This document shows positions 31,625 to 44,832 of a DNA stretch of 64,000 nucleotides, in pieces. The stretch comes from Myxococcota bacterium (GTDB taxonomy: Bacteria; Myxococcota_A; UBA796; UBA2385), in the NCBI GenBank assembly GCA_044344255.1, contig JBIJDH010000010.1, positions 96,001 through 160,000 on the forward strand, written 5' to 3'. The number at the start of each line of letters is the position of its first letter. The first letter of the stretch is position 1. Both the position numbers and the translations under genes were made by a program. The notes beneath the pieces were generated by a model. It made no database searches. It worked only from the letters and a program-made list of their open reading frames with translations, and was not told the origin of the DNA.

Positions 31625-32900
31625 TCAGGTAGGCCGGCTCCGATGAGACGGCAAACGCGCGCAGGCCCCCACAAACGCGTCCGCCATCCCCCCGTTCGAC
31701 CCGAAGTGCGCGTGTACGTACGTCCCGAGCACCCGCCCCTTCGCCCAGCCCTCCACCCCGGCGCCGCCCCACCCCCTGGTCTCGAACACGGGCGCGAGCG
31801 CGGTCGCTGCGAGCTCGGAGTGGTGAAATTCGTGCCCCTTCCAGCGAGTCCCCACCGGCCCGAAGAGGGTCTCCGCCGTCGTGACCACCTCGCGGTAGCC
31901 AAATGAGCGGAGCGCCGAAGTCATTCGCGTCGTGAGCGGCAGGACGCCGCACATGGGGTGCAGGCCGGCGGCGTCCTCGAGGGAGTCACCCAGGTACATC
32001 AGACCCCCGCACTCGGCGTAGATCGCGCCGCCCGACGCCGCGAACGCCCGGATGGCCGCCCGCATCGACACGTTCGCCGTCAGCGCCGCCGCGTGCTCCT
32101 CCGGGTACCCGCCGCCGAGGTAGAGGCCGTCCACGGGCGGGGGCCGCGCGTCCGTCACCGGCGAGAAGGAGACCAGCTCGGCGCCGGCCTCCTCCAAAAG
32201 GTCGAGGTTGTCCGCGTAGTAAAAATGGAAGGCGGCGTCCTGTGCGACGCCGATCCGGACCCGCCGGCCGGCAGACACAACCGCCACGGCCGGGGTGGGC
32301 GCCGGGGTGCCGCTCGGGTACGGCGAGGTCGGGCCGGGCGGGCAGGCCACCGAGCACCAGGACCCCTGGCAACGCCGCCGCCATCGCCTCGCGCAAGATG
32401 CGCGTGTGCCCTTCGCCGCCCACGCGGTTGAAGATCACCCCGGTCACCCGCACCCTCGGGTCGAAGGTCGCGAGCCCGTGTACGACCGCCGCCGCCGTCC
32501 GCGCCATCCCTCCGGCGTCCACCACGAGCAACACCGGCGCGTCCAGCAGCACCGCGAGCTCGGCGCCCGAGCCGGTCAGCTCCGTCGGCGACCACCCGTC
32601 GAACAGCCCCATCACGCCCTCCACCAGCGCGAGGTCACCCCCCGACGATCCGCGCCGGAACGAGGCGATCACGCCCTCGGGGCTCGTCATCCACGCATCG
32701 AGGTTGCGCGACGGGTGGCCGCTCACCTTGGTGTGCCAGGTGGGGTCGAGGTAGTCGGGGCCGGCCTTGAACAAGCGCACCTCGCGGCCGGAGGCGCCCG
32801 GCGGGCGGGCGCGCAGCGCGGCGGTGAGGCCGCAGACCACGGTGGTCTTTCCGGAGCCGGTTGCGGGGGCGGCGACGATGAGGGCGGGCGTGCGGGGCAT
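31625..32900 (-). pseudogene. cobB: Cobyrinate a,c-diamide synthase (CobB/CbiA), frameshifted with internal deletion near 32300
   Basis: N-half GSGKTT, FK.GPDYLDP, EGVMGLFDG, PERH in one frame; C-half D.AF.FYY..N, GGGYPE, ECGGLMY, GHEFH in another; could be an assembly error. Confidence 0.88.
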
Positions 32901-32954
32901 CCGCCCTGGTACCCTGTCGGCCCGCCCTCGTGGAGACGCCGTCGCCCCTCCGCG

Positions 32955-33235
32955 ACGGCAAGCGCTTCGTCTGGACGCCGACCTTCCGCGAGGTCTCCCG
33001 CTTGATGAGGTGGAGGGCGATGTGCCGAATGGTGGCGAAATTCTCGGCGGAGTGACCGAGGCGGGGCCCGGGCGTCGTCTTCGTGAACGGCGACGTCGAA
33101 GACCCAGCGCATCTGGTCTTCGATGCCCCAATGGCTTCGGACGATGTGAGCGGCCTGTCGCGCCGGAGGACTCGACAAGCTGCTGATGGTGTATCGCCGG
33201 TCGACCGACTCTTGCTTGTCGAGCACCTCTCTTGT
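32955..33235 (-). mobile_element. ISAs1-family transposase C-terminal remnant
   Basis: RY.ISSL...VRSHWGIE....W..DV...ED..R then frameshift to AENFA.IRHIAL.LIK.E; ends approximate. Confidence 0.85.
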
Positions 33236-33397
33236 CCCCTCCAGATATGAATGCCCTGGGAAATGAGGAGCGGGACGAACGGTGGGTCTTCGCGCCGATC
33301 CATGTGTTAGTTGGAGAGGCCTGACCTCTCGGCTGACCCGCCGGCCTCGCACCGACAGCGCGCGATCGTAAGATCTCGCGGACTTCCCCGGTGGAAC

Positions 33398-34015
33398 ATG
33401 TCGATCTTCGCGCTGCTCCTCTCCGTCGCCGCCGCGGGTGAACCAGCCCCGGCCGCCCCTTACACGCTCTCGAACACCACGCCGTGGGGCGTGCTCACGA
33501 TCGGCATCGCCGCCGAGGGCGCGCTCACGAACCCGGCGGTCGCCGCTGGCGTCCAGGGGGTCGACGACGCCCTCGCCGCCTGCTTCCCCGACGCGACGAC
33601 CGTTCCCCCCATGAGCGTGCGCTATGGGGTGAACGCCGGCGGCCGGCCGGGCGCGATCGACGCCACCCCCACCCCGGCGGCGCCGGCGGTGGAGGTCTGC
33701 GTAGAGCGGGCGCTCGGCGCGGTGGGCTACGCTGGCGCAGCGGCCGAGACCCGCGTGGCGCTGACCCTCAAGGCGGGCGAGAAGCTCGAGCTCCGCGGCC
33801 TCATCGGCATGAAGGGTACCCAGCTCGGGTCGGTGGTCGTGAAGAGCACGACGGTCGGTGACGCCACCTTGGACGCGTGCGTGGTCCGCGCAGCGGAGGG
33901 GTGGACCTTCCCCGTGGTGCCCGGCGGCGGCATCGTGATCGCGACCTACCCTTTCCGCTTCGGGCCGCCCTCGTCCACCGTCACTCCGCCGGCGCCCGCC
34001 CCACCTTCACCGTGA
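33398..34015 (+). CDS. AgmX/PglI C-terminal (TonB-C-like) domain protein
   Basis: Signal peptide; V..ST..D..L..CV......W.FP...GGG.V..TYPF.F. Confidence 0.75.
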   Translation: MSIFALLLSVAAAGEPAPAAPYTLSNTTPWGVLTIGIAAEGALTNPAVAAGVQGVDDALAACFPDATTVPPMSVRYGVNAGGRPGAIDATPTPAAPAVEVCVERALGAVGYAGAAAETRVALTLKAGEKLELRGLIGMKGTQLGSVVVKSTTVGDATLDACVVRAAEGWTFPVVPGGGIVIATYPFRFGPPSSTVTPPAPAPPSP

Positions 34016-34025
34016 CCGACAAGAG

Positions 34026-34235
34026 CGTACTGGCCCAGCGTGAATCGGCCTCTCGGATGGGTGGCGTAGCGAACTCACGGGGTCAGTCGAGGGGGGCGGG
34101 TGACGAAGGAAGGAACGGGGCGGCCCCCCGAGCCGCCTCGCGCCACTGGGCGCGCCGCTCGGAGTTGTAGGGGTGGAGGAAGGCGTTGACGGCGTGTCTG
34201 GTCTCGTCGGCGGCGACGGGGCTGGAGTCCTCCGG
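34026..34235 (-). mobile_element. IS3-family right-end remnant
   Basis: CGTACTGGCCCAGC matches the reverse complement of the IS end at 39738; SP...DE.R..V..F...YN..R resembles the transposase C-terminus at ~39430. Confidence 0.65.
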
Positions 34236-34244
34236 CCGACATCT

Positions 34245-34480
34245 TAGCGCCGCAAACCCAAAGCCCATCGCCACCGCGGCCTGCTGCATTCCCACATCGT
34301 GGGTGGCGATGTCCACCAAAAACCTCTGGACCGGAGCCAGTCGGCTGTGGCCAGGTGAAGGGCGTCGAGGGTGCGCACCGGCACCGGAAAGGGCGCGGGT
34401 CCGCGCACAGACGTCCTCGTCGAGGGCGACCAGATCGAGGCGGCTGAGGAGCGCGGCCAGGGTACCTCCGTGGGTAACAG
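34245..34480 (-). pseudogene. PIN-domain (VapC-like) toxin C-terminal remnant
   Basis: PFPVPVRTLDALHLATA and ATHD..M..AA.AMGF in alternating frames. Confidence 0.75.
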
Positions 34481-34512
34481 CGCGTTCGTATACATGAAGG
34501 CGCACTTGCTGT

Positions 34513-34620
34513 TGCCGGAGTCGTGGGCCAGGACCGGCGTGGTGAACGGGTCCCATCGGGCGATGCGGGTCTTGGCGGAGACGCGCTCCCCGTCCTTGAC
34601 CTGCAGGTCAGCGCCGTAGG
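34513..34620 (-). repeat. 108-bp diverged copy of internal rpoC segment 41017..41124
   Basis: Ungapped manual alignment, 98/108 identical, same orientation. Confidence 0.95.
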
Positions 34621-35060
34621 CGGTCAACCCGGTCCCGAAGGGGTGGCCGCGCCCTGGGACGGCGGGGAGCCTGGGGGCCCGGCTGGGCGGCCCGGCCGGG
34701 GAGGGCCCGCGGAGGCTTGGGAGGGCCGCCGGGGGCCTTCTGAAGGCGATGGCTGTCTACCGGTGGAGGCCCTTCGGGCTCCATCTGGTTGAAGCGCAGC
34801 GGATCGGTCTCGATCACCTCGATGGCGACTTCACGGGCGGAGAGGGCCCCGTCGCCATCCTTGTCGGCGCTCTGGAATCGGGGTTCTCCCTGCCACACCC
34901 GGCTGTACTCCGACTCGACCACCCGCCCGTCCCGGTCGAGGTCGAGGGGGACGAGCACGGAGACAAAGGGCTCTGCCTCGGCCTCGGTGACCTGCGGCCC
35001 CGTCGAAGCGCAGCCCAGGAGCAGGATGGGCGACCAGCGGGCTACACGGTTTCTCATCAT
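34608..35060 (-). CDS. EF-hand-like lipoprotein
   Basis: Lipobox LLGC; DLDRDGRV..SE and DKDGDGALS..E loops. Confidence 0.75.
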   Translation of the reverse strand: MMRNRVARWSPILLLGCASTGPQVTEAEAEPFVSVLVPLDLDRDGRVVESEYSRVWQGEPRFQSADKDGDGALSAREVAIEVIETDPLRFNQMEPEGPPPVDSHRLQKAPGGPPKPPRALPGRAAQPGPQAPRRPRARPPLRDRVDRLRR

Positions 35061-36535
35061 GGCGCCCAATACCCCTGCTTTCGCATCTCTTCGACGAGGC
35101 GGGGATCGGCCTTCTTCCCGCCCTGCACCTTCGACAGGCTGGCCGACCACTTGACCAGGGCCCCTCGAAGCGCCTCCTGCTCCTCCGCGGCGGCGGTGCT
35201 GTAGAGGCGGAAGGCGGGCCCCCCGAGCTCTGTGCTGGCCAGCAGCTCGGGCAGAATGATCGAGCCAGCGCGGATGCCCGTGAAGCTGAGCCGACCAGTG
35301 GGGCTGCGCACCGAGACGCCGCGGTCATTGCTCTCGGAGAAGACGAGGCGGCCCATCACCAGCCTCTCTCCGCGAAGGGCGGGGACCAGCGAGCGCCCGC
35401 CGGCCTCTGCGAGGGGAGCGGCGCCGGCCAGCTCCAACAGGGTGGGCAGGACATCGAGGAGGGCGACCGGCTCGGCCACAGAATGGGGGGCCACTCCCGG
35501 CGCCTTCACAATCAGGGGAACATGGAGTTCGCTGTCCCACAGGGAATCCCCGTGACCAAAACGGCCATCCTCTCCCAGCGCCTCGCCGTGGTCTCCCAGC
35601 ACCACGATGACGGTGGAGTCGAGGAGGTGGCGCTCCTCGAGCTGGAGCATCAGTCGGCCGAACCACGCATCGGCATAGGCGACCCCGCCGTCATAGACCG
35701 CCGCGACCGCCGCGAGATCGGTCGCCGAAAAGGGAACCGCCTGAGTCTCTGGGCTGTGGGCCAACGATCCGACCCGGGTCCGGCCTGCAGCATCCCAGCT
35801 TCGGGGTCGTTCCTTGTCGAGCAGCTCCACCATCACCGCCTCATCCTTGAATTGGTAACCGTCGAGGATGAGCTCGGCGCCGATGGGCAGCATCATCGCT
35901 TTTTGCCAGGGCCCCTCTGTCTCAGGCTCAGTCCAGGCGAGGCCATAGGGTGGGGGGGCGAGATAGGGAGCATGCACATCATAACTGTGCAGAAAGACGA
36001 AGAAGGGCCGACTCTCGGTGTCTCGGATCTCGGTGCGAGCCGCCAGCCAATGGAGGGCTTCGGGGACGGTGTGAAAGAAGGAGCCCATGGGCGGGGAGGA
36101 CCACCAGGAATCAAATCCCCGGTCGAAGCCCCAGCCCGCCTGAAGGTGCCCGCCTGCCGTGAAGGCAGCGGTCTGGTAGCGATAGACCTGGAGGACCTCG
36201 GCGAGGGTGCGGCTGTGGTCGTCCATCCGAAACGTGGGTCCGACCTCACCGAGCTCAGAGGGGTAACGGCTCGTGAACAGGCTCCCGTGGGACATCGAGG
36301 TCAGGTTCGCCTGAGCCCAGGCCTGCTCGAAGACCACGGCCCCGGCGGCAAACCGATCGAGGTTGGGCGTGAGGCCCCGCTTGCTCCCGAGGCAGCCGAG
36401 GCGGTCGGCCCGGAGGGTGTCGATGGAGATGAGCAGGATGTTCGGGGGAGCCCCCACGGGGCTCGCGGCCGGTCCGGCGACGGCCTTGTCCACCGCCAGG
36501 TCGACGAACAGGAGGGCGGCCAGCGAGAGGACCAA
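35057..36535 (-). CDS. Sulfatase-like alkaline-phosphatase-superfamily protein (possibly 5' truncated)
   Basis: PNILLISIDTLRAD, TPNLD, T..SH.SLFT, H.YD.H.PY, GDHGE, HVPLI. Confidence 0.88.
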   Translation of the reverse strand: MVLSLAALLFVDLAVDKAVAGPAASPVGAPPNILLISIDTLRADRLGCLGSKRGLTPNLDRFAAGAVVFEQAWAQANLTSMSHGSLFTSRYPSELGEVGPTFRMDDHSRTLAEVLQVYRYQTAAFTAGGHLQAGWGFDRGFDSWWSSPPMGSFFHTVPEALHWLAARTEIRDTESRPFFVFLHSYDVHAPYLAPPPYGLAWTEPETEGPWQKAMMLPIGAELILDGYQFKDEAVMVELLDKERPRSWDAAGRTRVGSLAHSPETQAVPFSATDLAAVAAVYDGGVAYADAWFGRLMLQLEERHLLDSTVIVVLGDHGEALGEDGRFGHGDSLWDSELHVPLIVKAPGVAPHSVAEPVALLDVLPTLLELAGAAPLAEAGGRSLVPALRGERLVMGRLVFSESNDRGVSVRSPTGRLSFTGIRAGSIILPELLASTELGGPAFRLYSTAAAEEQEALRGALVKWSASLSKVQGGKKADPRLVEEMRKQGYWAP

Positions 36536-36846
36536 AGGATGGACCCGCGATGCGCGCAGGCGCGGCCCGCGGTCCGCCTGATGTGCGGGGCCCGTTGAGC
36601 GGCAAAAGACGGGTCAGAGCTGCCCCAGGCCGGTCTTCGGGGCTTTCGGTCTCTCCACGGTCATCGGGCATTCCCACGGGCTCGTCGTCAAGCCCACCTA
36701 TACCATGGTCGCCTGTCGTCGAGAGCGTGGCCCCTCGGGCCGGGCCTCTCTGTTCGGCTCAGGGGATGAGCCTGCTCCTGCTGCTCTGCGGGCGGATAGT
36801 AGAGATGAACGCTCTCGGACGGCCCCCGAGCACGGGCTCCGGGGCG

Positions 36847-37015
36847 GCGCCCCTCGAAGATCGCGTCGTCGCCGCCCTCACCACCCGCCCCATGACCCGC
36901 ACCGCCCTCCAAGAGCACCTCGGCGTCCGCAACAAGACGCTCCGGACCGCCATCGATCGGCTCCTCTCCGCCGGTCGGCTCGTCCGTGCCCAGAATGGGC
37001 TCGCCGTACACACTC
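36847..37015 (+). pseudogene. Winged-HTH gene fragment
   Basis: LEDRVV.AL...PMTRT.LQEHLGVRN.TL...IDRL..GRL with no convincing N-terminus. Confidence 0.45.
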
Positions 37016-37080
37016 CCGCACCCGTTCCCGTCTCCCTCCTCCCGGAGGTCGAGGCCGACCGAGCTCCATTCAGGCGGAGC

Positions 37081-38226
37081 TCAGGGTGAGGCGTTCCGGC
37101 TCGGGATGGGGGAGGGGAGCTGACGGTCCAGCAGCTCGGCGAGGAGGGCCGCTCCCTGCGCGTTCGGATGAACCACATCGAGGAAGAGGTCTTCCCCGCG
37201 GTGCATCAGCCGGAACCACTCCGCGGCGTCAATGAGGCGGAGGCTCTCGGTAGCGGCGAGCTCCCGCAGGGTGTCTTTGTACGCGAGCAGGTTGCTGCCC
37301 GATGACCTCGGTTGGTCGCTCACATCGGCCAGGTCGGGGAGCACCAGCAGCACAGGGATGGCGCCGCTCTCTCGGATGAGGGTGATCATCTCCATCAGGT
37401 TCTGTCGGTATTCGTCCAGAGGGACCCGGACGATGGTGCCCGTGGGCCCACCCACCTGTGCGATCTGGGTACCCCCCTCCGGACCCGCATCGGTGTTGGA
37501 CTTCAGAGGCGCATCGTCTTTAGCCCGCACCAATATCGTCCCCAGCGCTCGATAAAGGTAGGAGCGGTCCAGCAGATCGTAGAGGCCCGGGTAACGGTTG
37601 GGGGGGAAGCGGTCGCGGTCGGCCGCCACATCGAAGGCGGAGTCACTGTTCTGATTCCCGATGACCACCAGATCAGGCTCGAAGGCGAGGCAGTGTCTTT
37701 TCAGCTTGATCTTCGACTGCCAGGTGGAGTGCCCAGGGGCCGCACAGTTACCAACCTGTATTTTTTCCTCCGTCTTCCCCTGGGCCCGGAGCTCAACAAA
37801 CTGGGCGGAGAAGGTCTCCTCCCATTGGAGCTTGGCGCCGAAAATCGAAGAATCGCCCACCATGAGCACCCTCGACACATCCGAGGGATGGACCGCTTCG
37901 TAATCGGGGCCGCGCATCCGCCAACGGTTGGTCGTATAGGCGATGTGGGCGACCTCTCCTCCGTCTGGCCGCAGGTCCCATCCAGGGACATCGTTGTTTG
38001 CGATGAGGTTGTCGTTCATCGTCTGGGCGCGGATTCGTAGGGATCGGGTGTCCAGGCGCTCCTTGGGGAGGAATGAGCAGCCGAGCTCCGCGATCCCCAC
38101 TGCTCCCAGGAGCACGAGCGCCGAAAAGAGGAGACGACGACTGAGCGACAGCCGAGGGGCAACACGAGGAGGAAGCGGCGGCGGCGCCGGGATACTCGAG
38201 GGGGTCGGGGAGGGCGGAGGGGCCAT
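37081..38226 (-). CDS. SGNH/GDSL hydrolase family protein, membrane anchored
   Basis: N-terminal TM, GDSS block I, N.A.PG block II, PDLVV, DVVHPN block V. Confidence 0.88.
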   Translation of the reverse strand: MAPPPSPTPSSIPAPPPLPPRVAPRLSLSRRLLFSALVLLGAVGIAELGCSFLPKERLDTRSLRIRAQTMNDNLIANNDVPGWDLRPDGGEVAHIAYTTNRWRMRGPDYEAVHPSDVSRVLMVGDSSIFGAKLQWEETFSAQFVELRAQGKTEEKIQVGNCAAPGHSTWQSKIKLKRHCLAFEPDLVVIGNQNSDSAFDVAADRDRFPPNRYPGLYDLLDRSYLYRALGTILVRAKDDAPLKSNTDAGPEGGTQIAQVGGPTGTIVRVPLDEYRQNLMEMITLIRESGAIPVLLVLPDLADVSDQPRSSGSNLLAYKDTLRELAATESLRLIDAAEWFRLMHRGEDLFLDVVHPNAQGAALLAELLDRQLPSPIPSRNASP

Positions 38227-38262
38227 GGCGCCTACTATCCCGGGAGCGTCGGGGAGGGCCAC

Positions 38263-39738
38263 TGTTCTGCAGCAGCCGGATCTTGACTCTCCCTACAGCC
38301 GCGTAAAGAGCGGCAACCAGGAGAGCCCTTGCCCGTGTCCCGCAAGCCCCGTCGCAACTTCACGATCGACCAGAAGGGCGCCATCCTCCGCCGTCACTTC
38401 GTCGATAGGGTCGCAATTTTGCAATCTTAGCACCGAGTACGAGCAGCAGCCAGGCGTCTTCTACTACTGGCAGAAGCAGGCCTTCGAGAACCTCGCCGGC
38501 GCCTTCCAGCCGGCCGTCACCACCAGCTCGCGGGAGAAGGACCTGGAGCGCGAGGTGGAAGCGCTCAAGGCGCGGGTCGCCAAGAAGGATGCCGTCATCG
38601 CCTCCATCAGCGAGGAGTACGTCACCTTTAAAATAGGCGCGTGGGGAGCCTTGAACGAGCGTTGGGTTCCCCCCGACACGCGTGACTCCGTCATCGACTT
38701 CGTGCGCCTTGGTCCGAGCGGACCGAGATCGCCGCCGCCCGCTTCATCACCTGGATCGGCGTCCAGCGCGGGAAATTCTACGACTGGCAGAGGCGGTACG
38801 GCAAGGCCAACGAGCACAACGCGCTCGTCCAGCGTGACCAATCGCTGGAGCCCTGGGAGTGCGAGGCGATTCTCGCTTTCCACGCGAAGAACCCGCTGGA
38901 GGGCTACCGCCGGCTCACGTTCATGATGCTCGATGCCAACGTTGTCGCCGCGTCGCCCACGACGGTGTGGAGGGTGTTGAGCCAGGCCGGCGTCCTGGAC
39001 CGGTGGAACAAGCGGCCCTCGAAGAAGGGCACCGGCTTCGTCCAGCCCCTTAAGCCGCACGAGCACTGGCATACGACCCGGTCTGGAGGACATCTCGTAC
39101 ATCAGCATCTCCGGCACGTTCTACCGCCTCATCACCGTCCTCGACGGGTGCAGCCGCGCGGTGATCCACTGGGACCTCCGCGAGTCCATGACAGAGCAGC
39201 AGGTCGAGTGCATCCTGCAGCGCACCCGCGAACTCTACCCGGCAGCCTCCCCACGCATCATCAGCGACAACGGGGCCGCAGTTCATCGCCCACGACTTCA
39301 AGGAATTCATCAAGGTCACCGGGGTGAGCCACGTACGGACCTCGCCCTACTACCCACAGTCCAACTCCTCCAGAGCGGCGGAAGATCGAGCGCTACCACA
39401 AGACGATCAAGGGCGACGTAATCCGCGTGTCCCCGCCCGCCACCCTGGAGGAGGCCCGACGCCTCGTCACCCGCTTCATCGAGCACTACAACACCCGTCG
39501 CCTCCACAGCGCCATCGGCTACGTCACTCCCCACGACCACCCGGAAGGCTGTCAGAAGGCAATCCACGATGCGCGCGACCACAAGCTCGAGGGCCGCGCG
39601 CGAGACCCGCGCCGAGCGCCGGCAAGCCGCCCCACGGCCCGGGCCGGCGCTGCCACCTTGCTCGCTCACCCCTCGCCAGCCGATACCCGATTCGTTACAC
39701 CCCAGACCCGGGAGTCCTGATCAGGCTGGGCCAGTACA
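38263..39738 (+). mobile_element. IS3-family insertion sequence, decayed
   Basis: TG...CA ends with imperfect ~30-bp IRs; OrfA HTH and OrfB (GYRRL, HEHW, ISDNG, RTSPYYPQSN, YN..RLHSAIGYVTP) broken by several frameshifts. Confidence 0.92.
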
Positions 39739-39858
39739 CCCCGAGCTGAGGAGGCGACGAAGACCTTCCTCAAACAGGGCCGTCTTCGGCGTTCCCGGCG
39801 GAAACATCGCCTGTACTCGCGCCAAGAGGGAATCTTCGATGTCGAGCGTGGTTCGCTT
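39739..39858 (-). pseudogene. VapB-like RHH antitoxin, start codon lost and truncated by IS3
   Basis: (AAG)RTTLDIEDSLLARVQAMFPPGTPKTALFEEGLRRLL; not in the ORF track. Confidence 0.7.
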
Positions 39859-39905
39859 ACAAGTATGAACACCTGCCATCACTATATGCGTCAACTATGT
39901 CTGAG

Positions 39906-39937
39906 AAACAAAGAAGCCCCGCTCTCTCGAGCGGGGC
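39906..39937 (-). terminator. Intrinsic terminator after rpoC
   Basis: 9-bp GC stem GCCCCGCTC/GAGCGGGGC followed by TTCTTTGTTT on the minus strand. Confidence 0.85.
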
Positions 39938-39958
39938 CCCTCTCCTCAGCCGCGAGGA

Positions 39959-44725
<4,767 letters not shown>

Positions 44726-44832
44726 CGGGGACTCCTTCAATCCGTAGGATTCATTCGAGGAGGATCGAGCGCGCGAGTGCGCTCAAACACGAAGAGGCGG
44801 CGAGCCCGAGAGGGCCCGCCGCCGCGAAGGGA

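Noticed and set aside
34513..34620. Diversity-generating retroelement template/variable repeat pair with rpoC
   Set aside because: Mismatches are not adenine-specific (5 of 10 at A on the coding strand) and there is no reverse transcriptase in the window
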